From: Protoeuglena noctilucae | Lineage: Eukaryota | DNA: 64,000 nt | Assembly (NCBI GenBank): GCA_958009085.1 | Contig: OY253679.1 | Coordinates: 310,001 to 374,000, forward strand | Direction of reading: 5' to 3' | Shown: piece by piece, positions 38,749-51,352 of the stretch | Numbering within the stretch: position 1 is the first letter of the stretch | Layout: the number at the start of each line of letters is the position of its first letter | Translations under genes and position numbers: made by a program | Notes under the pieces: model-generated | Seen by the model: only the letters and a program-made list of their open reading frames with translations | What the model was told of the DNA's origin: nothing | Database searches by the model: none

Positions 38749-40634
38749 ATGCATACGGCGACTCCGTCCCACCACCGGCCGGGCCGGGCAGGAGGGGGAT
38801 TATCGGCGGCCCACTTATGGTACATGGTGCGGATCGGGGCCGCCATCGCTGAGCGTTCAGTTGTTGAATCCATCAACATACGCGTTAGGAGGCGCGAACG
38901 TGTGCGCTGCGATGCCTTCTCGCGGCCCCACCTGCACCCATCGCCCCCACCGCCCGCAGGCCATCCTCGCGCTGCTCGTGCCGTTTTTCGTCATCTCCCG
39001 GTACGGGCAACGGAGCGAGGAAGCCCAGGAGCTGTGCAATTGCGAGTGCGACGCGCCGTCGCGGCCCAGGGACGACGGATGCCTGCGCGTATTGCAAAGC
39101 ATGACGAGCGCCCGCTCCGACCACGGAAGCCCGGCCTACGTGGCGCCGGAGGTCCCTCACGCCATCGCCACGCTCCGCGCCACGCGCCAGGTGAGTGCCG
39201 GGACGCATCGCACATGGCAGCAAAGCAAAGCACGACACACTTCCTACGGTCGCGCGAGGCTTCTCTCGCAGGAACTGGAGTACACCGCGAGCATCATCGA
39301 CGTCAAGCCATCCACCATCTCGCCCGACATGTGGGGGGCCTTCGCCAAAGGCGAGCGGTGCCCAGCTGCGCATGCGTGTAGCTCCTATCGACAACGATCA
39401 TCTATCCCATAGCTCTGACTCGACATATCGCAGTGGACCTCCCGGCCCTGACGTTCCTGGGCACGTACATCGGCGACATCTTTGACCTCGACACGTTTGA
39501 CGACCACGTCGACCCCAGCCTCTACTACTACTCCTTCGCCGTGCACCGGTGGGTAGTGTGAAGCGAGGGTGTCAATCCACACTTTTTGACAATTCCAGCA
39601 GTGCCGCGCCTATTTCAGCCACCGACCCACTATCCACACCCCCGCCAGCGCCGCACCTCTCACCCCCACTCTCCACCCACACCCCCCCGCAGTGCCGCGC
39701 GCAGCTTCCCCCCCGCCGTCGACGACGTCGATTCCTGGGAAGCCGCGTATGGGTTCGATTCCTACGACCTCCTCGTCCCCCGCCTCCCGTTGGACCCGAG
39801 GGGCGCCGACTTCATCGATGGCAACTTCAACGCCACGCCCTTCGTCAACGAGGCGCCCCCGGGGACTCCCTACAACGTCATGTCAGGCACGTTACCCGCA
39901 AGCAATTATCAATCTCATCCCCTGCAAGGTTGACACCCCGCAGTGTCGTCGCATGCCTGCATGTCACACCTCGCCCATGTCACGTCATCCTCACATCACC
40001 CATAGACCTGAGGCTGACCACATGCCTCACTTGCACCCCCCGCAGTCTCATCCTATGCCTACGATCTCCACGGGCCCCCCACCGAGGTCGACGGTGACCG
40101 TGCGATTGTGGTGGAGTTCTACACCTGCCGGCCCGTGGCCGCGGGGGAGGAGCTCTTCATCAGCTACGGCCAGGGAGTGAGTGCGCGTGATTGCAAGCGA
40201 CTACTAGCCGTGGTCACATCTATTGATAAATGTGCTGTCCATCAGCTGTTCATGGCGAGGGAGTGAGTGCGCGTGCTTGCCTTTGACGCCAGCAATGGTC
40301 ACACACACATGCTGTGCCCCATAACAGCTCAATGCCTCATGCCCCATGCTCATCATCGCCCTCTCATGCAGTATTCCCGTGACTATCCGGTCAACTCGGA
40401 CCTGGGGGAGTGCGCCCTCGACAAGGAGCTGGTGAGCACTGCTATTGCACCGCTTTCTAACCCAACGCCGGACTGGCTTACTTACGCCCACCCACCCACC
40501 CACCCACACACACAATGCGGGGTGGCAATGGGTGTGAGTGAGGGCAGGGGAACCCCTGCCCTTGCTCCCCGCCCTCGCAGTACATCTCTGCCAAGGGCGG
40601 CCCGGCTTGCAGGGTTCTGGCGAGCGCGAGCTGA
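38749..40634 (+). CDS. SET-domain protein with N-terminal signal anchor, 8 exons
   Basis: Spliced: MHTAT..HLWYM|AILALLVPFFVISRY..VKPSTISPDMWGAFAK|VDLPALTFLGTYIG..TPFVNEAP..VEFYTCRPVAAGEELFISYGQG|YSRDY. GxFA, FVNE and GEELFISY are SET motifs. Confidence 0.75.
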
Positions 40635-40824
40635 CAGCTGCCTGTCAGAATCAGTGGAGCTCTAAAATGCGATCGGGAATTGTTGTTGGGAATGTCAGGA
40701 GGAGCTAGTTGGCACAGATGAGACAGCAGAATGGTGCTTTCAATGATCATGGGTGGCCAAACACAGTCACCATTGACATGTATTGCATGACAACGCGTGT
40801 AGCCCACCACCCTCTCACCCCCCC

Positions 40825-43800
40825 TCACACCCGCGTCGGCAGCACCACCCGGCTCTCCAGCCCCTCTCCCCCCACAAACTCCACATGCACCGCCTCCCTC
40901 CGCCCCCGCCCCCGCCTCCCCGCATCTCTTGCCACCAACTCCCATGCCGACCCCATCTCCCTCTCGCTCCGGTCGCCCCACGGCCCCAGCGACGCGAAAG
41001 CGGACCCCAGGGACCCCGCCGCGCCCACCAGCGCCCGCAACCCCACCCCCGCCGCCGCCCGCCCCTGCCGCCCCTTTCGCCCCCCATCCAGCCCCGCCCC
41101 CGCCCCCTCCCTCGCCTCCGCCACCTCCTCGTGCAGCTCCCCCGCGAAATTGGCCCGCTCGCTCGCGAACAGCGCCAGTCTCAATCGGTGCCCGGCTGAA
41201 AAGGCGTATGACACCGGCATGAGGCTGAAGGACAGGCAGACGACCTCCCCGGGGATCGAAGGCTCGACGTCCGATTTCGAAAAGGTGTGGAAGACGGTGC
41301 CGGGGACCCACCCGCCCGCCCGGGGGTCGTTCTTAGGTGGGGCGGGGTGGGAGCGGCGGTGGGCGGCTCGCAAGGCACCCTCGCCCACATAGGTGGGGGC
41401 GTGGCTGCGGGGGGTTTCGATTTAAATATGTGAGAATGGGTGGATAAGGAATCGATAAGCTGTGCGCGCTTCTCCCTCAGTTGCCATCCACCTCATTTGC
41501 AAACGCCCCATCCACATCGTATTTACTCAGCCACCACATCTCACCCCACCCCACTCCCTCCCCCCCCCCATCACCCCTCACCCCGGCGCCTCGTCCAAAA
41601 GCACCGCAAACACCGCCACGTCTCTCTTGTCGCATTTGAGGTGGACATCCACTTGCACAGACCCCATAACGCGGAGGGTGGATGCGAGGGGTGGGGTGCA
41701 GAAGGACGCAAAGCCGGGGGAGGTGAAGACTGTGCCGTAGTGCATCTGTGGTTGGGGGTGATAAGGGGGGGTGGTGGTAGTGAGGGTGGTGGTGCTGATG
41801 AGGGTGGAGGTGGTAGTGAGGGGGAGGTGAAGACGCGGCCGTAGTGCATCTGGGGTTGGGGAGAGTGGTGGTGGTAGTGAGGGTGGTGGTGGGTGTTGTT
41901 TGATGGAGTGACTAGGGGTGACGAATCGCAGTGACAACTCAATGATCTAACAGACCTTCAGCAGTACTCTCACCTTGACCAATGCGGGTGTTCTTACACA
42001 ATTACAGATTTCCATTGCTTACCTTGACAAACGAGAGTGCCGTGCGATAAAGCCAGTGCCAAGTACTTAATATAAATATACACATGCCATTGCTCAAAGT
42101 CTGACCTTGACGAATGGGAGTGCCACCAGTCCGATGCGGTTGCGCACCGGCAGCTGAGGGACGCGGCTGGTGTCGTGGGAGACAGAGAAGGGGGCAGTCG
42201 GGGGTGTGGGTGACAATGAGTGGCACGACTTGGAATGTAAAGACTGTGGGGGAGGGGAGGGTGTAGTGACATGGGGCGTGGCAGCGACGAGAGGTGTGCT
42301 GATAAGGGCACACTGCCTTGTCTGCTGCCTGCGACCCCCACTGCACCCACTCCCACGCCCCTCCCCTCTCGCCCCTCACCTCCCCCTTCCCCATCCACAC
42401 CACCTCCTTCCCCCGCCCCTGCAGCCCTCCCTCCGCATCCACCTCCCCCCACCCGCACGCCCCCGCTGGCCCCATCTCGTACACCATCACGCGCCGCCCC
42501 GGACGGCTCAGGTCCAGCGGGTACCCAATCGAATCCGCCGAGCTGCCCTTTTTCAACGGCTCGCCGCCGCGGCGCCGGGACCAGGCCTGGGGGGCAGAGG
42601 CGGGGGCGAGCGTTGAGCGAGGCAGTCGGTTGATAGCGGCGGTTGCAACAGTCATTTCGCCAACACCACACCACATAACAGCTGCAGCAGCTTTCGAGCC
42701 GTCAGGCGTTGTCAACCAAACCCCGTCAACGCCCCTCATCTCCCACCTGCACCCCTCAGCAACCCCACCCATCACCCACCCTCACCACCCTCTCACCTCC
42801 CACCCCCACCCCACCCTCCTCTTAGGCACCGGCGGCGCCCCCTCCGTCCCCGACTCAGGCCTCGCCTCCATCCACCGCACCAGACACAGTGCGGCATCCA
42901 GGGGCAGTGCCCTCGTGCTGTCGGGAACGTGCTTTGCCAGGCACCGCCTCACGAACCGCATCAGGGGGGGGATCTGGGGGAAGGTGTTCCATGCGGGGTG
43001 CAGGCCGTGCGACTGGGGAGGGGGGGAACAGAAGAGCACGTTTGCTATTGAATAATGATGGAGATGTGGATGGTTCAGTACTACTAGACGCGGGCGCTTG
43101 CTGCGACTTGCAACCTATTAACAATCAATCCATTTTCACTCACATCCATATTCAACCACCCTCTCTCAACCACTCGCCTGGTGTTGCGCCATTAACCCCC
43201 CGTGCCCCCACGGCCCCACGACCAGCTCGCTCAGGTCCCCTTTGCCCACACGGCGATAGATGGCCTCGGACGCACCCACCGTGATGTCCATCCAACCCGT
43301 CTCCACATACACGTCCAAGTCCTGAGAGTGATGTATAGTAAATGATTATAGTGCTTGACTGATACGAAAGAGAACTGCACATTTATATGGCCAGCCTGTC
43401 CGCGAACAGGCACAGTCACCCATCACCATTACCATCATTCATCACTGCAATCATCATAACCATAGTATCTCACCATCTCCCCCAGCCTGTCTGCAAACAG
43501 GCACGCGCTGCCCGTCCAGAAGGGGCGGTTGTCTGAGGATGGGGCGGGGTCGTCCGCGCACCTCACATGGTCCAAATCGTCGCGGAAGGTCCAATTGTGA
43601 CGAGAGGCAGTGGCCTCCACCACCTGATGGGGAAGGAGAGGGGGAGGTGGCATTTGCGATTGAGTACGGAGAACAAGCAGGTCAATAGATGTCCATGGAT
43701 GTTGTCAATCATGACTTACCCCACGGCAACGGTTGTCCGTGAAAGAAAGGGGTTCAGTCATGATCCTCTATCCTCCCCTTCACCTCAACTCACCCTTTTC

Positions 43801-45996
43801 AACGCCACCCGTTTGAATCCCCACATGCTCATCTGCTTCCTATCTATAAGTCTCCAACGTGCTGATCTTCCCTATCTACAAAACTCACCCTCTTCGACCC
43901 CACCCGTTTGAACTCCCTCTTGGTCCCCCGATCCATGGAGCGGTAGGGGCGGAAGGCGCGGTCGTCCGTCACGGTGTCTCTGCTCCCGTCGACCGATGGG
44001 GGGTCGCCTGAGACCAGGCCGGACGCGACCAGGGGGGAGGGGACCTGAGTGAGATGAAGAGGTGGGGTGGCGTTAACTTTGCGTAGAGAGGGTGGGGTGG
44101 GGGTGGGGTGGGGGTGGGGGGGTGTAGGTGAGGGGTGGAGGTGACCAGGGGGGAGGGGACCTGAGTGAGATGAAGAGGTGGGGTGGCGTTAACTTTGTGT
44201 AGAGAGGGTGGGGTGGGGTGAGGGTGGGGGTGGGGGGGTGTAGGTGAGGGGTGGAGGTGACCAGGGGGGAGGGGACCTGAGGAGGAGAGATGGGGAAAGG
44301 TGGAATGAGTATATAGTATGGAATAGTATGGATTAGGGGTAGGCTGAAGGGTAATTACAATAGGCATGTGCTTGACGCACTCTCTCTCTCTCTCTCTCTA
44401 CCCACCACTCTCTCACACATCACCCCCTCTCACCTCGATCATGACGGGCGTGTGCTTGAGGCACTCTCTCTCTCTACCCAACCCCATTACCACCCTCATC
44501 TTATCCTCATCCACCCCAACACCCTCACTTAAAACCTACCTCGATCATGACGGGCGTGTGCTTGACGCACAGCGCCGTGCACCCGAGCCTGCGCGAGTCC
44601 ATGACGGTGGTGAACTGGGACCAGCGGGAGGGGAAGGAGCGGGGGGGGACGCCGCCGGGGAAGGACACGTCCGAGTACAGGTCCCAGAAGGGGTAACTGC
44701 GATCAATTAGATGGAAGTATGTGTAGTCCAGTTAGTGAAACCTGGGAACCTCACCACAGCGCCACCTCCACCACCACCCCACCACCTCCCCCCTCACTCA
44801 CCACAGCGCCACCCCCACCACCCCCTCACCACCTCCCCTCACTCACCGCAGCGCCACCCCCACCACCCCCGGGTGCCCGAATGCCGCGGTGTGCAGGGCA
44901 GCCGTGGCGTCGTAGCTCATCCCGAACAGCACCGCACGCCCATCACTCCATGGCTGCGCGAGGGCCCACATCAGGACCTGGGGAGGGAGAGATGGCGAGG
45001 CAGGTGGAGTGGGGTCAGGGCAGTGTGAGAGTCAACATAAGGACATGAGAGAGCACGACACCCATCCCCACCCAAACCCACTCGTCCCCACCACCCACAC
45101 CCCCACCAACCACACACCCGCACCCACACCCACCCGCACACCATACTGACTCATCCCCATCACCCACACCCACACCACCCCCACCCACTCACACCTCCAG
45201 GCTGTCGCACCGCTCGCTGGGGTGCCACGGGTGCCGCCAAACGCCCCCGGACGCCCCCGTGCCGCGGACGTCCATGCTGACGACGGCCATGCCGGCTGCG
45301 ATGGCCAGCTGCTTTGCCTCCAAATTGACCACATCGATGGGCTTGTCACCGACGAACGGGATCCAACGCAGGTACTTGCGGGCCGTCATCGAGCGCCAGT
45401 AGCGCGTCTGCAGGTGGAGGAATGGAATATAATCGCGATGCGCGGGTGTGCGGGGCGCGCGGAGCGAAGCGCGCGCGCAGCGGGTCAACGTGCCTGGTGG
45501 AAGAGGACCGGGAGGCCGCGGGACCGGTCGACGCGCTCGCTGGACGGCAGGAAAACGTCGACGGCGATGTTCACGCCATCACGCATGCGCACGTGGAACG
45601 TCTGCGCGAGGGAGGAGGCGCGGGGATGGCCGCATTATTGCACAGCTGGCACCAACACCGGGGCAGCGCGAGCGCGGTCCCGGAAGGACCCGCGAGGAGG
45701 TGAAGCGCAACTATGAATCCAATGCGATCCATCGCAACGCCGGCAAAGCAGACGGGCACGACTGCACGGCGCCACGAAAGGTCCACCCTCCCCGGCAGTC
45801 CCCGGCGAGGCGCGGGGCCACACATTCGCATCGTGACGCGGCGGACGGGTGCGAGAGCATCGAACCTGCCGTGTAGATTCCAAAGATTGCCCAAGCTCGC
45901 CTGGAACTCGCTCTCATTCCATATCTTAATGCGCTCTGCTAAGCTGGGCGTCCCCGCCACTTCGGACGGGTCCCAATGCCCGTCGAGGCCCTTCAT
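40825..45996 (-). CDS. CocE/NonD family serine hydrolase (peptidase S15 fold, PepX_C domain), multi-exon
   Basis: VRMRDGVNIAVDVFLP..LPVLFHQ|TRYWR, VVSMDVRGTGASGG, WALAQPWSDGRAVLFGMSYD (nucleophile), GWMD (acid), LVVGPWGH (His), FTSP..LRVMGSVQVDVHL, PVSYAFSAGHRLRLAL. Confidence 0.88.
44027..44282. repeat. 116-nt-period tandem repeat spanning a 3' splice site of the CocE gene
   Basis: gaccaggggggaggggacctgag starts at 44027, 44143 and 44259. Confidence 0.9.
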
Positions 45997-46366
45997 CGCT
46001 GCTCAAGGTGCGTACATTCACCAGGTGCCGAGCTAGCGCGCCACACCCCGCCCACGCTGCCTGGCGTGCGCGGACAGGGCTGATCACGCGTCCCCGGTTC
46101 TTCCGGTTCTCGGCATACAATGTCTCGAGTTCAGCATGTATCAGCGCATGCGGGCTCGCCGTCGGTTTCAGGAGCCGCTTTCGTGAAACACACACACCGG
46201 CGCGTTTCGTCGATTGCCAGACACATCGTGGCCCCGATGCGTTTGCAGCAGCCAGATTTGGCGCTATACGCTCACATTGACCGCGGCGACACGGCCGCAC
46301 AGGCGCAGTCAGTCCTCCTCGGGCGCGCACGGATCGATCGGACTCGCGCTGCAGAGCCCGCCCGCC

Positions 46367-48219
46367 ATGGCGATGGCCACGGCCTCTCGGCCACTCTCGG
46401 CATCCTTGTGTCCTGATCGAAGATGTCGTAGCCTCCACGCCGCGTTGCGGGGGCCAAGTCGTCCCGAATCGCGCCCGCGCTGCCGCATTGCCGATCCGTT
46501 GACACGCAGCCCCGCATCGCCGGCCGCGGCCCCGCGCCCCGAGGTCTCGACTGCGCAATCCGATTCGGCGGCGAATGAAGACAACTTCGAGGCGTTCGTG
46601 CAGGACGTGCAGCGCAGCATCATCGCGGAGGCGGAGGCGCTCGAGGGGAAGTTTGGGAAGGCGAGGGCTGCGCGCTCAGCGCATCTGCAGCCATGCAACT
46701 TCATGAATTGGTGCAGTTTGACATGGAATTGCCATCGACCGTGCTCTGCGCAGGGAGCGACGTTCCGGCACGACAGATGGGACCGTGACACGCGTGACGC
46801 AGGATTCGGCATCACTTCGGTTTTGGAAGACGGGGCGGTGCTCGAGAAGGGCGCCTGTAACGTGACGGTCGTCAGGGGGGTCCTCTCTGCCCAGGTAATC
46901 ATGTAAGGGCGTATTGGCTGTGGTCGCCAACTGTGCCATCACCAGCCAAGGCCCGTACCGCAGTGCCACTCCATCGCCGCACACCACACACACAATCACA
47001 CAACACCCCATCACTCTTCGTTGCCCCCGCAGCGTGCCCAGGCCATGAGCTCCCGCGGCCGCAGCAGCATCGACCCTGCCGGTGGTCAGCCGTACAGCGC
47101 GGCTGCCATGAGCCTCGTCTTCCACGCCAGGAGTCCGCTGGTCCCCACGCTGAGGGCCGACGTGCGTGTGTTTGAGGTGGCGGGGAACAGGTGAGGGTGG
47201 GGGCGGGGGTGGCAGTGAGGGTGGCAGTAGGGGTGGTGTTGAGGATGGTAGTGGGGGTGGCAGTGGGGGTGAGGGTGAGGGTGGCAGTGGGGGTAGCAGT
47301 GAGAGTGAGGGTGACGGTGCCATGCCTCGTTGCCTCTGCCCCCGCACAGGTGGTTCGGTGGCGGCTGCGACCTGACCCCCTCGTACGTGTATGAGGACGA
47401 CTGTCGCGAGTTCCACCGGTTCTGGAAGGAGCTCTGCGATCGGCACCACCCGGACCTGTACCCAGAGTACAAGGAGTGGTGCGACCGGTAAGTGGGAGGG
47501 GGAGTGGAAGGGAGAACAATGAGAGGGTAGTGCGATTGGTGAGCGGTGATTGCGGTAAATCGCTTGACATCTGTGACTCCGTGCAACCACTCCCAGTTAC
47601 TTCTTCATCCCCCACCAACACCCCACAATCCCCCCCATCCTCAGTTACTTCTTCATCCCCGCCCGCGGCGAGCACCGCGGCGTGGGGGGCATCTTTTTCG
47701 ACGACCTGGACGCCACCGACCCGCGCGGGTTCGATCCTCAGCAGTTCACGAAAGAGGTCGCGCGCGGCGTCGTGGCGTCCTGGGCCCCCATCGTGGAGCG
47801 GCGGCAGCGGGAGGGGTACACCGACGATCAGCGGCAGTGGCAGCTGCTGCGGAGGGGGCGTTACCTGGAGTTCAATCTACTGTACGACCGAGGGGTCAAG
47901 GTGACGCCCACCTTGACATGGAGAGGGGTAGCTGGGGTATTATGGTATGCAAGGGGCGCAGCATGTGCACATCTTCACACATCCGCCACCAAGCTATCCA
48001 CCATCATCTGACAAACACGCTTGCAGGAGAATAATGAGAATACTAATGTCATCATGCACTCGTTATTTATCGCAGTTCGGCCTGGACGGTGGCCGCGTGG
48101 AGTCGATCATGGTGTCAGCCCCGCCGCTCATCGCCTGGAGATACCGAGCGGAGCCGGAGCCGGGGACGCCCGAGCACGACTGCCTGGAGGTGCTGCGGAA
48201 ACCGAGACAGTGGGTCTGA
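46367..48219 (+). CDS. CPOX: Oxygen-dependent coproporphyrinogen III oxidase, plastid-targeted, 6 exons
   Basis: [102 protein letters not shown]. Confidence 0.96.
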
Positions 48220-48491
48220 GGGAGATGTGTGTGATGGGGACCGCCCTATGAGAGGGTGCATGGGCAAGCAGGCGATCAGGTGTAATGCCTGATTTAGGCA
48301 AACTTGTCATCATTCATAGTTGTTTTCATGCTGCACGCACTGCAGCGTGGGATGGTGACTGGTTCGTGTCCCTTCATGGCACTTCAAAAAGCAACATGGA
48401 ACATCTGTTGGCTGCTGAGGAAAGCACGGCCAGCGAGATTGGAAAGCACGAAAAGCACACGCATGCAATCAGCGCAGTCAAACAATGGCCG

Positions 48492-50988
48492 TCAGTGCCT
48501 CATGGCACGCTCCGTGGCGGGCTGGGCAACATGCATGGAGTCCCCACGGCCAACACGGCCAACAGGCCCCCATCGGGACTCGTCCACCGCCGGCGTGGCA
48601 GCAGGTGAGGTCTCAAAAGCGGCCGCCAGCTCTGCAATGGCCGACGCAGCAGCAGACACCGACTCAGTCGCAGGTGCCGCCTTTGCAGCAGCCTCTGGCT
48701 CAGCAGCAGGCCCTGAGGCCAAAGCAGCCGCCAGCTCCGAAATGGCCGACTTGGCCGCAGACACCGACTCAGCCGCAGGTGCCGGCTTGGCAGCAGGTGC
48801 CGGCTTGGCAACAGCGGCTGCCTTAGCGACAGTCGGCGACGTGGCAGCAGGGTTCGGCTGAGCAACTGCAGCAGGCTTGGCAACTGCAGCAGGCTTGGCA
48901 GCAGCTGCCGGCTTGGCAGCCGCTGCTGGCTCAGCCACAGGCGCTGGCTCAGCAGCAGGGGCCGGGTCAGCGAAAGCCGCTGTTGCAGCACCAGGCTTGG
49001 AGTCCCCAGCCGGAGCCCGCTCAGCAACAGCCGCCTGCTTGGCAGCAGACACCGCCTCAGCAACAGGCGACTCCGCAAGTGCGGCGGGCTTGGCCGCAGG
49101 CACAGGCTCCGCAACTGCAGCAGGCTTGGCAGCAGCCTCCGGCTTGGTTGCAGGAGCAGGCTCAGCAGCAGGGGCTGATGCGACAGCAGGTGCGACAGCA
49201 GGTGCGACGGCAGGCTCCGACGTGGCCGCAGGTGCGGGCTCAGCCACAGCCGCCTGCTCAGCGACCGCCACAGGCTCCTCGACAGGGGCCGGCTCAACGA
49301 CAGCCGTTGGCTGGGCCGCAGCTGCTGGCTCAGCAACAGGGGCCAGCTTGACCATCGTCAAAGTCTCCTCCCCAGATGCGGCTGCCTTGAGTTTGCTGAG
49401 CAGTGTCGCTGCTGCTGGGTCCTCCAGATACGCCTCCCATCGGTCCACGACATCCGAAGAGCCATACCACACCTCGCTATCCCCTGCACAAGCAAGAGAT
49501 CAGCGATCATGGCACACGTGCCGTCTGCTTAGCTCAGCTCAAGCATGCCGCAGCGACACAAGACCAGCCAAGCAGCAAGCGCCGCATGTCACTTATGCTG
49601 CAGCGTACAAACGCAGTGAGTAGTACTATGCATTCGTACACCCATAGCACCCAGTTAGTGCTATCGAGGCGCCACGACTCACTGGTGGTCGGTCCGTGGT
49701 ACACCCCGTCCAGCGCCAGGCTCTCTGCCCCCGGCAGTGCCAGTGCCGCATCCACGGGTATGACCCCGTCCCCCCACGCGTCGCCCTGCCCCGTCGTCAG
49801 CTCATAGGACTGAAAAGCCAGGTCCGGCACGAGCCCCACCAACTGCGGGCGGGGACATGAAACGAGTGGTATGCCAGGAGATAAGTAAACTGCGGGTCTG
49901 GGACCCAAGGGAGGTGGGTCAGTCCCTGGGCACAAGCAGTGCATGTATATGGCAGATAACACAACACATCCCTGCTTCGATCCTCGCCTTGGTCCCCTGT
50001 GCGGCCTTCCCCGCGACGTTGACGTACCGCACCCCCGGCGCGGCCAGCCCGGGGTAGTGCTGGGCCACGAACGCGAGGTTTCTGGCAGCTACGCCCTCCT
50101 CGCTGACGTGGGGGGTGCCCAGGCACACCAGGGTGTGCACGGCGGGCCCGGCACCGTAGGTCTTGCCCCAGTAGGGCTCGCCCTTGCCCAGCCAAATGCG
50201 TGAGATCCAACCGGAGGCGCTGTGGGCAACCACGGCAGCGCGGAGGCCGCTGTAGGCCGGGCGGGGGCCCGCGGTCAGGTCGGTGAGGGATGAGAGGCCG
50301 TGGGAGGCGCCCTGGGAGGAGGGGATTGGGGGAGGAGTGTGGTGAGGGGTGACCAGAAGTAACGCAAAGCGAGGGGAAGTGCATGTCTGGTGAGTAGCAC
50401 CCAATCTCACCTTGGAGGCGTTCGCCATCTCCACAGTCCAGTCGAACACGGAGTAGCCACTCGGGAAAGCGATCTCGTCCGGTGGTGGCTGCGGCGTCAC
50501 TCCCAGGGACACCTGGCCGAGGTACTGGGCATAGGCGCGTAGAAGGGCATCGAGTGCGAAGTCGAGGCGGTCCAGCGTGGGCCGCTGGGATCGGCCACCG
50601 ACGGTCGGCAGCCACTGGAACCACCGGATGGGAGCCCCGGTGGCGAAGTAGCCGCGCGCGCGGAGGTCCTGAGGGAATACGCATGTCGCGTGCCACGTTA
50701 CGCGAGAGGATGTCTTGCCGAACTTGCCGAACAGAGCTATGAACATTACATTATGAGGTAAGTATCATCCAACTATATCCCGCTCACCTTGACCAGAGCG
50801 TCGTATTGGTGGCAATCGGTCAGGAAACCCGGGGCCACGAGCACGGCGCCACGGTCGTACACTCGGAGCCCGCGCGCGACGACGACACGCCTCTGTGCGC
50901 GATATGCACGCAACGGAAGCGCAGGCGGGGTCCGTGGGCCGGGGAGTGAGCCCCGCGCGGCTGCGGAAGCAGATCGACACGCAGCCAT
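48492..50988 (-). CDS. PGAP1-like alpha/beta hydrolase with probable transit peptide and long Ala/Pro-rich C-terminal tail
   Basis: AVLVAPGFL, WFQWLPTVGGRS, VVAHSASGWISRIWLG, TLVCLGTPH, WGDGVIPVDAA, DGVYHGP, WYGSSDVVDRW; the last exon encodes AEPA/AKPA repeats. Confidence 0.8.
48590..49345 (-). repeat. Coding minisatellite (A[AV]A[EK]PA-like units) in the hydrolase tail
   Basis: Repeated gcagcaggcttggca / ggctcagc units; near-duplicate blocks at about 48614-48680 and 48720-48785 (AATESVSAA.SAI.ELAAA). Confidence 0.8.
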
Positions 50989-51352
50989 GCCGGGCAGGCG
51001 CGGCGGAGGCGCGAGCGTTCGCAATCTGCCAGCGGATGGTCACGAACGACACCAAGCTTGGTGACGCGCATAGAATGTGCACGAAGCTTCGCTCGTCTGG
51101 CCCTCTCCAGCGGGTCAAGACACAACATCTCTGACATCAAAGCCTGCCCTCCCACTTTGCCTTCTTCCGTCTGTCCCGGCTCTTATTGGCTGTCCTTCGT
51201 TGCGCTGCTCTTCCCATACGCGCTGTGTCACGCGAAGTCGCGGCCTTGCTGCACCCGAGCAGCGCCCCGTTCCATCGAGCCGTGACCCTGCGTTGCTTGG
51301 CCTCTGCCCTTGAGTGTTAGCTGAGTAGTCCCTGAATCGCGGCTGGGTAACC

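Noticed and set aside
47190..47320. GGTGGCAGTG repeats here and at about 30505-30580 as introner or CRISPR-like repeats
   Set aside because: Low-complexity minisatellite with no unique spacers, terminal repeats or cas genes.
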